Source: Microgenomates group bacterium
GTDB taxonomy: Bacteria; Patescibacteriota; Microgenomatia; Daviesbacterales; UBA10151
NCBI GenBank assembly: GCA_041659805.1
Contig: JBAZXP010000001.1
Span: 576,589 to 640,588, forward strand
DNA length: 64,000 nt
Reading direction: 5' to 3'
Positions 29,646-39,550 of the stretch are shown here, one piece after another. Numbering within the stretch: the stretch's first letter is position 1; every line of letters begins with the position of its first letter. Below the pieces are notes generated by a model, which worked only from the letters and a program-made list of their open reading frames with translations, had not been told where the DNA came from and ran no database searches. A program made the translations under genes and the position numbers.

Positions 29646-30842
29646 ATGAAAATTTTAATGTTAACACCATATTTACCATATCCTCCTTCATCGGGCGGTC
29701 AAATTAGATCCTACAATCTAATTAAACAGCTTTCAAAAAAACACGAGATTACCTTATATTCTTTAATAAAATATGAAAATGAAAAAAAGTATGTTACAGA
29801 ACTTGAAAAATACTGTAAGTCGGTAAAAATTTTCAGAAGGCCTCAAAAACCATGGACTCCCACTAATATTTTTAAGACAGCAATGAGCACCTATCCTTTT
29901 TTAGTGATTAGAAATTATTCTTCAGAAGAAAAGAATGATATAACTAAAACATTAAAAAAAGAACATTTTGATTTGATACACGCAGAAACTTTTTATGTAA
30001 GTCCACACATTCCCACGACAGATATACCAATGGTATTGGTAGACCAGACAATTGAATTCCAGGTATACCAACACTATGTGCAAACCTTTAAGTGGTTTTT
30101 CTTAAAACCGATGCTTCTAATTGATGTTTTAAAAATTAAATATTGGGAAACATATTTTTGGAAAAAAGCGAAAAAAGTTGTGGCTGTTTCTGTGTCTGAC
30201 GCCAAAAAAATGAGACAACTCGTTCCGGGTCTAAATGTTTCCGTTGTGCCCAACGGGGTTGGTGAAGATTTAATGGAGGAAATTCCAATTCATTTTTCTC
30301 AAAAAATATTATTTATGGGAAATTATGCCTGGTTACAAAATATAGAAGCTGCCAGGATTTTAGCGAAAGAAGTCTTCCCTTTAATTAAAAAACAGGTGCC
30401 TGAAGCTCAGTTAATTATTGCTGGCCAATATACTGAAAAGATTGCTGAACTTGAATCAACTGATGTCAAATTAATAAATTTAGGACTTGATGATATTGAA
30501 GGGGTTAAAAGAGCTTATCAGGAATGTGGGATACTAGTTGCTCCTTTATACGGACCGGGAGGAACAAGATTAAAAATATTGGGAGCGATGGCTGCTAAAC
30601 TACCTGTTGTAACAACAAACGTTGGGATTGAGGGTATTGAGGCTGTTAATGGCAGACATGCTTTATATGGAGATAGTCCAGAGTCACTAGCTGAGTTAGC
30701 GGTAAAACTTCTGGTAGATAAGAAGCTTTACATAAATGTTGCAAATAATGCCAGAAGATTGGTTGAAGAAAAGTATACTTACACTGCCGTTGCAGACCAA
30801 TTGGAAAGTATTTATCAGGAGGTAAAAAATAATGCAGGATAA
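29646..30842 (+). CDS. GT4 glycosyltransferase
   Basis: PYPPSSGGQIR, VPNGV, PLYGPGGTRLKILGAMAAKLPVV. Confidence 0.9.
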   Translation: MKILMLTPYLPYPPSSGGQIRSYNLIKQLSKKHEITLYSLIKYENEKKYVTELEKYCKSVKIFRRPQKPWTPTNIFKTAMSTYPFLVIRNYSSEEKNDITKTLKKEHFDLIHAETFYVSPHIPTTDIPMVLVDQTIEFQVYQHYVQTFKWFFLKPMLLIDVLKIKYWETYFWKKAKKVVAVSVSDAKKMRQLVPGLNVSVVPNGVGEDLMEEIPIHFSQKILFMGNYAWLQNIEAARILAKEVFPLIKKQVPEAQLIIAGQYTEKIAELESTDVKLINLGLDDIEGVKRAYQECGILVAPLYGPGGTRLKILGAMAAKLPVVTTNVGIEGIEAVNGRHALYGDSPESLAELAVKLLVDKKLYINVANNARRLVEEKYTYTAVADQLESIYQEVKNNAG

Positions 30843-31707
30843 ATTATCTATTGTTATTGTAAATTATAATTCAGGCGATTTTTTGAGTGATTGTTTGGAA
30901 TCTATTTATAAAAGCGACAAAATAATAGATTTTGATATTTGGGTAGTCGATAGTGCTTCGTCCGATAAAAGTATAGATAACGCTAAAAAAAGGTTTCCTA
31001 AAATTAATTATCTTTTGAACAAAGACAATGTAGGTTTTACCAAGTCTAACAACCAAGCATTAAGGAAAGTTAAAAATGAATTTATTTTAATTCTTAATCC
31101 GGACACCAAAGTTTTACCCGATACTTTGAGTCACATGATTAAATTTATAAAAAGTAATCCTGAAGTCGGTGCTGCTACATGCCGGGTGGAACTTGCAAAT
31201 GGAAAAATAGACTGGGGATCACACAGAGGATTTCCGACACCAACGGCGTCTTTCTTCTATTATTTTTTGCATGATGATACCTATTACCATCTAAGTAATT
31301 TGGATATGACAAAAGATCACGAAGTGGATGCAATAACAGGAGCATTCTTTTTAACCAGAAAATCAGTTCTAGATAAAGTAGGATTATTTGATGAAGATTA
31401 TTTTATGTATGGGGAAGATCTAGATCTTTGTTTCAGAATTAAAAAGGCTGGGTATAAAATAATGTTTACACCAGAGGTTAAAATAATTCATTATAAGGGA
31501 GTTTCCTCTGGGATAAAACAACATAGTCAAGAAATTACGCAAGCTAGTAAAGAGTCTAAGATAAGAGCTTTTAATTCTTTTTATGAAACAATGAAAATTT
31601 TTTACCGAAAGAATCTTGCAAAAGACTATCCATTTTTTATAAATTGGTTAGTTTATTTAGGGATTAATTTAAAATGGTTTTTGGCTTTAAGGAAATTACA
31701 TGTATGA
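30832..31707 (+). CDS. GT2 glycosyltransferase (WbbL-like)
   Basis: IVIVNYN, NVGFTKSNN, LNPD, FDEDYFMYGEDLDLC, HYKGVS. Confidence 0.9.
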   Translation: MQDKLSIVIVNYNSGDFLSDCLESIYKSDKIIDFDIWVVDSASSDKSIDNAKKRFPKINYLLNKDNVGFTKSNNQALRKVKNEFILILNPDTKVLPDTLSHMIKFIKSNPEVGAATCRVELANGKIDWGSHRGFPTPTASFFYYFLHDDTYYHLSNLDMTKDHEVDAITGAFFLTRKSVLDKVGLFDEDYFMYGEDLDLCFRIKKAGYKIMFTPEVKIIHYKGVSSGIKQHSQEITQASKESKIRAFNSFYETMKIFYRKNLAKDYPFFINWLVYLGINLKWFLALRKLHV

Positions 31708-32822
31708 GGATTGTAATTGATGCTCGTCTTTGGTCTGAGAGTGGGCTAGGAAGGTATATCAGAAACTTAGTATTGGAACTTGCAAAAATTGATTCAGCAA
31801 ATCATTATGATATTCTTCTTTTAAAAAAAGACTTTGACAAAATAGATTATTTTAGAAATAATTTTCATAAAGTTTTGGCTGATTTTAAGTGGTATGGGTT
31901 TGCTGAGCAGATTAAAATGCCAAAGTTATTAAATAGTTTAAAACCTGATTTGGTGCATTTCCCTCATTTCAATGTACCTATTTTATACAAAGGAAAGTTT
32001 GTAGTAACGATTCATGATTTAATTCATCAACATTATAAAACCAGAGAATCTACAACTCATAATAAATTGATGTATAGTATGAAAAATCTCGGATATAAAA
32101 AAATTTTTAGCAATGCTATTAAGAAAGCCGATAGAATTATTACTCCGTCAAAGTCCGTAAAGAACCAATTAATTAATGAATGGAATATAGATCAGGCAAA
32201 AATTGAGATTACTCCTGAGGCAGTAGATACTTCTTTAATAAATATTTCCAAGCAAATTAGGAATAATGATTTCCAAAAAGTAAGTCATAAATGGGGTATA
32301 AAAAAACCATATATTTTTTATGTCGGAAATGCTCAACCGCACAAAAATATAGAACGGTTAATTGAGGTATTTATTCAAATAAAAAATAAGTATTCTGAAT
32401 ATCAATTAATTTTGTCAGGCCCTGACAATTATTTTTGGAATAAAACTATAAAAAGATATAATGTTAAGGATTTAATTTTTACAGGTTTTTTAAGTGAGAG
32501 GGAACTCGTAACTTTGTATAAAAATGCTGATCTCTTTGTGCTCCCATCATTGGAGGAAGGATTCGGGATTCCTGTCTTGGAGGCAATGGCATGCGGTTGT
32601 CCTGTTGTATGTTCTAATACAGGGTCTTTACCAGAGGTTGCCGCGGATGCAGCTGTTTATTTTAACCCCCGGATTCTAAAAGATATGGAAGAAAAAATTT
32701 CTTCAGTTTTGGAAAACCGGAAATTTAGAAAAGAATTAATCGAAAAAGGTGAATTGAGATTTAAAAAATTTAGTTGGAAAAGATTAGCTCATCAAACTCT
32801 GGAAATTTATCTAAAATCTTAA
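31704..32822 (+). CDS. GT4 glycosyltransferase (MtfB-like)
   Basis: MRIVIDAR, GLGRY, VTIHDL, HKNIERL, PSLEEGFGIPVLEAMACGCPV. Confidence 0.92.
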   Translation: MRIVIDARLWSESGLGRYIRNLVLELAKIDSANHYDILLLKKDFDKIDYFRNNFHKVLADFKWYGFAEQIKMPKLLNSLKPDLVHFPHFNVPILYKGKFVVTIHDLIHQHYKTRESTTHNKLMYSMKNLGYKKIFSNAIKKADRIITPSKSVKNQLINEWNIDQAKIEITPEAVDTSLINISKQIRNNDFQKVSHKWGIKKPYIFYVGNAQPHKNIERLIEVFIQIKNKYSEYQLILSGPDNYFWNKTIKRYNVKDLIFTGFLSERELVTLYKNADLFVLPSLEEGFGIPVLEAMACGCPVVCSNTGSLPEVAADAAVYFNPRILKDMEEKISSVLENRKFRKELIEKGELRFKKFSWKRLAHQTLEIYLKS

Positions 32823-33730
32823 ATTTTTTCTGCTGCGCGGAGTTTAGCACTACGGGAACGCGGGTTAACTTCAACTTCTGACTCTGTTGGCTCAATTGGT
32901 TTTTGAGTAATAATTTTGATCGAGTACTTTTCTTCCTCAATTTTAAAGAAATTCTTAACAATTCTGTCTTCCAACGAGTGGAAACTAATTACAACTATCC
33001 TACCGAAGGGTTGTAAAACATCTAGTGCTTGGGGTAATGCATCTTCCAGACTGCGTAACTCGTCATTTACAGCAATACGCAATGCTTGGAATACTTTTGT
33101 TGCCGGATGAATTTTGTTTACACGATTAAATCTTTTTACTGAAAGAATAATTTGTGATAATTTTTCTGTAGTATCAATTTTTTCACGACTTCTGTATTCG
33201 ATAATTTTTTTGGCAATAGGTTTTGCAAATTGCTCATCCCCGTATTTCCAAAATAGTTCTGTAAGCTCTGATAAATACAATCCGTTTACAAGATCAGCTG
33301 CTGTTAAACTTTGGGATCTGTTCATCCTCATATCTAAAGGTGCATTTTTATTAAAAGAGAATCCTCTTGAGGTTGTGTCTAATTGACTTGATGAAAGTCC
33401 CAGATCAAATAGTATACCTGCAGGATCCTGTTTCAGAAATTGCGACGAGATGTCTTTTAATTGAGAAAAATTTGCCTGACAGATAATTAATTTATCAGAA
33501 ACTGCCAGGAAACGGTCATTAACTAAATTAACCGTTAGCTTGTGTTTTTCAGCAACTTCTTTAATTGCCTCAAAATCCAAATCTATCCCCAATACATTTC
33601 CCCCTTCTTCAAGTATTTTATCCGTGTGCCCTCCGCCACCCAGATTGCAATCAATATACCAGGCATTTTTTTTGATTTTTAAATATTGGATTGCCTCGTT
33701 TGCCATGACTGGAATATGATATGTGCCCAT
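32819..33730 (-). CDS. rsmH: 16S rRNA m4C1402 methyltransferase RsmH (MraW)
   Basis: HIPVM, DCNLGGGGH, DLGLSSSQLD, RGFSF, PLDMRM, HPATKVFQALRIAVNDEL, ISFHSLEDRIVK, NPRSRSAKLR. Confidence 0.97.
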   Translation of the reverse strand: MGTYHIPVMANEAIQYLKIKKNAWYIDCNLGGGGHTDKILEEGGNVLGIDLDFEAIKEVAEKHKLTVNLVNDRFLAVSDKLIICQANFSQLKDISSQFLKQDPAGILFDLGLSSSQLDTTSRGFSFNKNAPLDMRMNRSQSLTAADLVNGLYLSELTELFWKYGDEQFAKPIAKKIIEYRSREKIDTTEKLSQIILSVKRFNRVNKIHPATKVFQALRIAVNDELRSLEDALPQALDVLQPFGRIVVISFHSLEDRIVKNFFKIEEEKYSIKIITQKPIEPTESEVEVNPRSRSAKLRAAEKI

Positions 33731-33764
33731 GTCTGTATTTTAGCATTCTGATACAATTTAAAAT
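33731..33764. promoter_or_regulatory. Back-to-back extended -10 promoters for leaderless rsmH and GT4 transcripts
   Basis: Minus strand: TGcTAAAAT, 6 nt, ATG (33730). Plus strand: TGaTACAAT, 7 nt, ATG (33765). Both fit in a 34-bp gap. Confidence 0.65.
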
Positions 33765-34850
33765 ATGAATAGAAATTTAAAAGTAGCACTTGCACATGAT
33801 GATTTAGTTCAATGGGGTGGAGCAGAAAGGGTTTTGGTAACTTTAAGCCAAATGTTTCCTGAAGCGCCTATCTATACCTCTGTATTTGATAAAGATAATA
33901 GGATGTTAAGGCGTCATTTTGCTGATCGGAAAATAATCACTTCTTTTATTCAAAAAATACCATTTTGGAAACAAATGTACAGAATGATGCTCCCTTTTTA
34001 TTCTATTGCGTTCGAGGCATTTGATTTCAGCGATTATGATTTAGTAATTTCACAGACCACCCGCTTCGCGAAAGGAATTATTACTAAATCGGGAACAACT
34101 CATATTAGCTACGTTCATACACCACCTCGTTTTTTATGGGATTTTTCAGGAGGAAAAATTACCGGGTTTGCCCAGCTCTTTTTTTGCTGTCAGAGAATAT
34201 TAGATCAGATTACCAGCTCGCGTGTAGATATATTTGTAGCCGGTTCTAAAAACGCACAGAAAAGAATAAACAAAATCTATAAAAAGAAAGCAAGCATTAT
34301 ATATCCTTTTGTTGATTTAACCAGATTTTCAAATGTTTCTTCGTTTGATGGTGGCTACTTATTAGTCGTTTCACGGCTAAACAATTACAAAAGAGTAGAT
34401 TTAGTTATTACTGCTGCCAATAAACTGAACATTCCTCTGAAAATTGTCGGAACAGGACCACAGGAGGAAAGATTAAAAAAACTGGCTAACCCGAATGTAA
34501 CATTTCTTGGATCAGTTGATGAGGAATCTTTAGCTTTGCTTCTTTCTGGTTGTAAGGCATTAGTTATAGCTGCAGAAGAGGATTTTGGGTTGATGCCACT
34601 TGAAGCGCAAGCCCTTTCAAAACCAGTAATAGCTTATAAAAAGGGCGGGGTTGCAGAAACTGTGAAGGATGGGGAAACAGGTATATTATTTGATGTTCAA
34701 AGTGCTGAGAGTATAATATCTGCATTGGTTAAATTGGACAAACATGGGTATAATAAAAAAACATGTCTTAACCAAGCTCGGTTTTTTTCAAAGGATAAAT
34801 TTATTCAGGAATTTAATTCTCTTGTAAAATCAGCTATAAATGTAAATTAA
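33765..34850 (+). CDS. GT4 glycosyltransferase (WbaZ-like mannosyltransferase)
   Basis: HDDLVQWGGAERV, YVHTPPR, SRLNNYKRVD, EEDFGLMPLEAQA. Confidence 0.92.
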   Translation: MNRNLKVALAHDDLVQWGGAERVLVTLSQMFPEAPIYTSVFDKDNRMLRRHFADRKIITSFIQKIPFWKQMYRMMLPFYSIAFEAFDFSDYDLVISQTTRFAKGIITKSGTTHISYVHTPPRFLWDFSGGKITGFAQLFFCCQRILDQITSSRVDIFVAGSKNAQKRINKIYKKKASIIYPFVDLTRFSNVSSFDGGYLLVVSRLNNYKRVDLVITAANKLNIPLKIVGTGPQEERLKKLANPNVTFLGSVDEESLALLLSGCKALVIAAEEDFGLMPLEAQALSKPVIAYKKGGVAETVKDGETGILFDVQSAESIISALVKLDKHGYNKKTCLNQARFFSKDKFIQEFNSLVKSAINVN

Positions 34851-34852
34851 AT

Positions 34853-35530
34853 ATGCTTGAATCTGAAATTAACGAAGAAAACCTAATAGTCCGCGAAGAT
34901 AAAATATTTGATTTCCTTAAAAGACTAATTGATATTTTTGGTGCAGTTGTGGGAATTGTGTTGTTTTCTCCCGTTATGTTGATCACAGCTATTTTAATTA
35001 AACTTGATTCCAGCGGTCCTGTATTTGCAGACACTCCAATGAGAGTTGGAAAAGACGGCAAACATTTTAAAATGTATAAATTCCGTTCAATGGTGGAAAA
35101 TGCCCATCAACTTTTGCAAAAAAATCCTAAACTGCTTAAAGAATACAAGAAGAATAGCTATAAAATTGTAGATGATCCAAGAGTAACCCGCGTAGGACGA
35201 GTTATCAGGAAGGTTTCCATTGATGAGATGCCTCAATTTTTTAATGTTTTGAAAGGGGATATGAGTATTGTGGGCATCAGGCCTTATTACCCTTTTGAAT
35301 TAGAAGAACAGCAACAAAAGTATCCACAAAGTAAAAAATTTGTTAAGATAGTTTTACAGTCAAAACCAGGAATAACCGGAGTTTGGCAGGTATCAGGCAG
35401 GTCTAATATAAATTTTGATAAAAGAGTACAGATGGATGCAGATTATGTGCAAAAAAAATCTATACTCTATGACATTCAACTCATTTTGAGGACTATTCCT
35501 GTAGTTTTACTGGGTCAAGGCGCGATTTAA
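34853..35530 (+). CDS. Priming phosphoglycosyltransferase (Bac_transf; WcaJ/EpsL/PglC-like, small monotopic)
   Basis: KRLIDI, MYKFRSM, DDPRVTRVG, SIDEMPQFFNVLKGDMSIVG, KPGITGVWQVSGRS. Confidence 0.93.
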   Translation: MLESEINEENLIVREDKIFDFLKRLIDIFGAVVGIVLFSPVMLITAILIKLDSSGPVFADTPMRVGKDGKHFKMYKFRSMVENAHQLLQKNPKLLKEYKKNSYKIVDDPRVTRVGRVIRKVSIDEMPQFFNVLKGDMSIVGIRPYYPFELEEQQQKYPQSKKFVKIVLQSKPGITGVWQVSGRSNINFDKRVQMDADYVQKKSILYDIQLILRTIPVVLLGQGAI

Positions 35531-35538
35531 AACTGTCT

Positions 35539-37446
35539 ATGAACATTACTAATTTAAATAAGAAAATAGATACTTTTAAAAAAACCGACTCATATAAAGT
35601 AAAAAAGAACCGGAAATCCAGAATAATTAAAATTCTTTTTGTAATCGGACTTTTATTCTTATTAGTTTATTTGCCTGCCAGAAATATTTATTCCTCGGCT
35701 AAACAAGCCATGCTTGGGGTAAATCAAATGAATGCCGGCATGAAAGCCGAGAATTTAGATGATATTAAGGTGGGTCTTGCAACTAGCAAGTCTGCAATCG
35801 GCAGTATAAATTTTTCTCTTAATTTTTATTTTTATCTTAGAATAATTCCGTTTGTAGGCGGGTATTACTCTGACGCAAAACATTTTGTAACAGCAGCGGG
35901 CTATGAAATGGATGCTGCCCAAACAATCGTAGATGGATTGGATCCTTACAAAAATGAGCTTGGCTTTACTGGACAATCAACAGCAGGTCAGGATCGTATA
36001 GCCCAAATTGTTAAGATTTTAGACAAAACATTACCTAATATTGATAAATTTGCGCCACATATGAAGAAAGCACGGGATGAAGTAAGTAGCATTGATGTTT
36101 CAAAATATCCTGAACAAATTGGTAATAGGCAATTAAGATCCAGGGTGGACGAAGCTAAGAATTTTATTATTGGTGCTCATGTTGCAGTGACAGATGCCAG
36201 GCCGGCACTGGAAATTGCACCGAGTATGTTGGGAGAACCATCGCCCAAAACCTATCTTATGTTATTTCAAAACGATAAGGAGCTTCGCGCAACCGGAGGA
36301 TTTTTAACTGCCTACGCCTTTTTAAAGCTTGATAGAGGTCATTTAACTACAACCCAGTCTGATGATATCTATAGACTCGATGAAAAATTGCTTAAGGTAT
36401 GCTTGAATAAAATTTGTCCGCTGACTCCTCCTGCACCTATTGTTAAGTATTTGCCTGAAGTTACCGGAAAACCACGTTCTGCCTGGTCAATGAGGGATTC
36501 TAATTTATCTCCAGACTTACCAACTTCTATGAAGGAATTTGAAAAAATGTATTCAATAATTGATTCAACGAATGCTTTCGACGGAATTATTATGATTGAT
36601 ACAAATGTGGTGGAAGAGTTAATTAAAATTACAGGGCCCGTTGAAGTAAATGGTACAAAATACAGTGCGGATAAAGATAATAGATGTAATTGTGCTAATG
36701 TTATTTATGAGCTTGAGCATTATGCAGAGATTGCTTCAAAAGGAGAAGCAGATAGAAAAGAAGTGGTGGGGACTTTGATGCAAACAATACTCGCCAGATT
36801 GCTTGGATCGGGTGCAGATAAGCTACCTACCTTTATTAATGTCGGGGTAAAATTGTTAAACAGTAAAAATATCATGATGTATATGCATGATAACAAGCCT
36901 CAGCAAGCCTTCGCCTCTTTAAATTGGACCGGAGAAATCAAGAGAGATGTTTCAGGTGATTACTTGCATATAAATGATTCCAACTTCGCAGGCGGAAAAT
37001 CAAATCTTTATGTAACAGAAAAGGTGAATTTAGCAGTTAAAGTTGAGGGTGATGGAACAGTGAAAAATAAATTAACAATTGATTATAAAAATCCCCAATC
37101 TTTTAATACATGGTTAAATGGTATCAACCGTAGCTATGTCAGGGTTTACGTTCCTAAAGGTTCAAAGTTGACCTTTTCCAAGGGCTCAGATGATATTGTG
37201 AATGCTGTTAATGATGATAATTTGAATAAAACTTATTTTGAGGGTTTCGTTCAAGTCAGACCGCAAAATTCAAGAACATTAGTTTTAGAATATACTCTGC
37301 CATTTAAAGTTACAGATAAAAAATACCCGCTATTAATTCAAAAACAGCCAGGAACTAAAGATCATCATTATACAATTAAGATAAACGGTGGGGCTAAAGC
37401 TGATTTCGATCTAACTACAGATAATTTGTTAAATCTCTCTTTCTGA
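35539..37446 (+). CDS. DUF4012 domain-containing membrane-anchored protein
   Basis: N-terminal TM, helical stalk, YLMLFQNDKELRATGGF, RDSNLSPD, YVRVYVPKGS, IQKQPG. Confidence 0.85.
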   Translation: MNITNLNKKIDTFKKTDSYKVKKNRKSRIIKILFVIGLLFLLVYLPARNIYSSAKQAMLGVNQMNAGMKAENLDDIKVGLATSKSAIGSINFSLNFYFYLRIIPFVGGYYSDAKHFVTAAGYEMDAAQTIVDGLDPYKNELGFTGQSTAGQDRIAQIVKILDKTLPNIDKFAPHMKKARDEVSSIDVSKYPEQIGNRQLRSRVDEAKNFIIGAHVAVTDARPALEIAPSMLGEPSPKTYLMLFQNDKELRATGGFLTAYAFLKLDRGHLTTTQSDDIYRLDEKLLKVCLNKICPLTPPAPIVKYLPEVTGKPRSAWSMRDSNLSPDLPTSMKEFEKMYSIIDSTNAFDGIIMIDTNVVEELIKITGPVEVNGTKYSADKDNRCNCANVIYELEHYAEIASKGEADRKEVVGTLMQTILARLLGSGADKLPTFINVGVKLLNSKNIMMYMHDNKPQQAFASLNWTGEIKRDVSGDYLHINDSNFAGGKSNLYVTEKVNLAVKVEGDGTVKNKLTIDYKNPQSFNTWLNGINRSYVRVYVPKGSKLTFSKGSDDIVNAVNDDNLNKTYFEGFVQVRPQNSRTLVLEYTLPFKVTDKKYPLLIQKQPGTKDHHYTIKINGGAKADFDLTTDNLLNLSF

Positions 37447-37503
37447 TTTTTGGGTAATTGATTTTTTGAATCTATTAGAGTATTTTACTTTTACAGAAAT
37501 CAG

Positions 37504-37971
37504 ATGAAAGAATTAATTATTGAATCTGTTAATACCTCCACCAACCTGGATCAAACATTTACCAATCTTTCCCAGGTTTTAGAAGAAGTTAGGATGAGTA
37601 AATCTCCAAGGATTGGATATGTTGCAGGAATTATAACCTCTGATGGATCTGAACTTATAGAAAAAAATATCGAGATACTAAGGTTATACACAAACCTTAT
37701 TAGGGTCCAAAGCGGAATTCCGACCTTTTGTGCCAGCGATGTTTTTGGGCATGGTTTATATGAGAGGTTGGAAGAAATGAAACTTTCCTATTCTGAAAGG
37801 GAACCGAAATTTGTAAATTTTTGGAGAAAAGTCTTAACCTCCGGACATGTAACAGACATATTTATGACCCCAGGTTGGACCAGGTCTAACGGAGCAAGAG
37901 ATGAACATAGCCTTAGTAAGGAAATAAATTTAAGATTATTTTATATTAATCCCTTAATTAACACTGATTAA
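37504..37971 (+). CDS. DUF4406/DUF1937-like protein (nucleoside 2'-deoxyribosyltransferase-like fold)
   Basis: GYVAGIIT near the N-terminus and DIFMTPGWTRSNGARDEH near the C-terminus match the YxAG...PGWxxSxGAxxE pattern. Confidence 0.6.
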   Translation: MKELIIESVNTSTNLDQTFTNLSQVLEEVRMSKSPRIGYVAGIITSDGSELIEKNIEILRLYTNLIRVQSGIPTFCASDVFGHGLYERLEEMKLSYSEREPKFVNFWRKVLTSGHVTDIFMTPGWTRSNGARDEHSLSKEINLRLFYINPLINTD

Positions 37972-37985
37972 CCCACCTCTGACCA

Positions 37986-38834
37986 TTACAAAATATGATT
38001 TTCGAAGATAAATTTAGCCATTTCATCGCTGATTAAATATATACCTTTGGGTGAAGGATGAATATAATCTAGAGTGTTTATATAGTCCAAATTTAAATCC
38101 CCATCAGAGTTTAGAGATTTTGAAAAAACATTTATAAGGGGGATATTGTGTGCTTTGGCATATTCCATATGGTTTTTGATATAGGCAATCCTCTCAAGGG
38201 CCCATTTTTCCCTTACTTCGGGGGTTAAATCCGCTATTCCTCTGGCATAATGTTTTTTACTTGGAGCTAAGGTTGCAACAAAAACGATTTTGGCATGGGA
38301 ATTGTTTTCTATAATTGTTTTAACAATATTATCTAAAGCCTCGGTTTGTTTTTGTAACCCTTGATCTAGTGGAAATTCTGATAAAGGATTATGTCCGAAT
38401 GATTCAACCAATATTAAATCAAAATCAATATTAATTATCGGACGGAAAACACGACCATTAAAAGTTTCAGATTCCAGTCTTTTTTGGGCAGATAGAATGT
38501 TCGTTGATCCAAATCCGTAATTCAAAACTTCAAAAGTTTTTTTGGGATAATAATTTGCTAAATCGGCAAGTAACTCGTCACTATTACCAAGTCTTTCTGT
38601 CATAGAATCTCCGAGTAAGACGATTGTGAAATCCTGTGGGTATTTGATCCTTCTTTTCCCATCTATAATTACTTCTGTGGGTTTTAAGGAAACAGAAGTT
38701 CCTTTAACGTTTTTGTTTTGCGTGATTTTTGTTAAAAAATTTCTGGCGCCGGTCGACTTAGTTAAAGATATTGTAATAAAAATCCCTGTTGCAAAAAGTA
38801 CTAGAAGAAAAATAAGTAGCTTTGTTTTTTGCAT
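37986..38834 (-). CDS. SGNH/GDSL hydrolase, N-terminally membrane-anchored
   Basis: Block I LGDSMT, block II GFG, block III FGHN, block V DYIHP; N-terminal TM. Confidence 0.85.
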   Translation of the reverse strand: MQKTKLLIFLLVLFATGIFITISLTKSTGARNFLTKITQNKNVKGTSVSLKPTEVIIDGKRRIKYPQDFTIVLLGDSMTERLGNSDELLADLANYYPKKTFEVLNYGFGSTNILSAQKRLESETFNGRVFRPIINIDFDLILVESFGHNPLSEFPLDQGLQKQTEALDNIVKTIIENNSHAKIVFVATLAPSKKHYARGIADLTPEVREKWALERIAYIKNHMEYAKAHNIPLINVFSKSLNSDGDLNLDYINTLDYIHPSPKGIYLISDEMAKFIFENHIL

Positions 38835-38905
38835 CCCTTAATATGCTCACAAAGGTAAGTTAAATTCAACCCGCAAAACTTACAATCAAGGTATAATGCT
38901 GTTGC

Positions 38906-39550
38906 ATGGGAGTAATTACAACTGAAGGAATAATTATAAAGCGATCAAATTTTGGGGAAGCTGACCGGATTTTAACAGTGATAACTCCATACAAAGGGAA
39001 GATTAAAATTGTTGCCAAAGGGGTTCGGAAAATAACATCACGCCGTGGTGGGAATGTAGAATTATTAAACAAGGTAAGGCTTCATATTTATCAGGCAACC
39101 GGAATGCCGATACTTACAGAAGCAGAATCAATTGAAACTTTTCCTAAAATTAAAAATGATTTAATAATGTCTTCTTATGGCTCATATATCATTGAATTGG
39201 CAGATAAATTATTACCTGAAGAGCAGGCAAATCCTGCAGCTTATCAGTTACTTGCATCAATCTTAGGCCTTTTGGAAACAAATCCAAGGCAAATATTTAT
39301 CAGGGCATATGAGTTAAAATTACTTTCTGTGATGGGTTTTTGGTCTCTTGATGAAATTTCTGTGACTTCGGAAATTAAAGATCTGTTAGAGACATTACAA
39401 CACGAAACTTGGACAAATATTGAGAAAATGGATATAACTAAAAATCAGGCTATGGAACTGGAGAAAATAGTACGCTATTATATAGAAAAGATTTTGGAGT
39501 CGACGTTGCAATCGGTTAAAATACTCCAAAGATTAAAACAAAATGGATAA
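38906..39550 (+). CDS. recO: DNA repair protein RecO
   Basis: EGIII...FGEADRILTVIT...GKIKIVAKGVRKITSRRGG, ELKLL..MGF; upstream of glyQS, a usual context. Confidence 0.93.
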   Translation: MGVITTEGIIIKRSNFGEADRILTVITPYKGKIKIVAKGVRKITSRRGGNVELLNKVRLHIYQATGMPILTEAESIETFPKIKNDLIMSSYGSYIIELADKLLPEEQANPAAYQLLASILGLLETNPRQIFIRAYELKLLSVMGFWSLDEISVTSEIKDLLETLQHETWTNIEKMDITKNQAMELEKIVRYYIEKILESTLQSVKILQRLKQNG

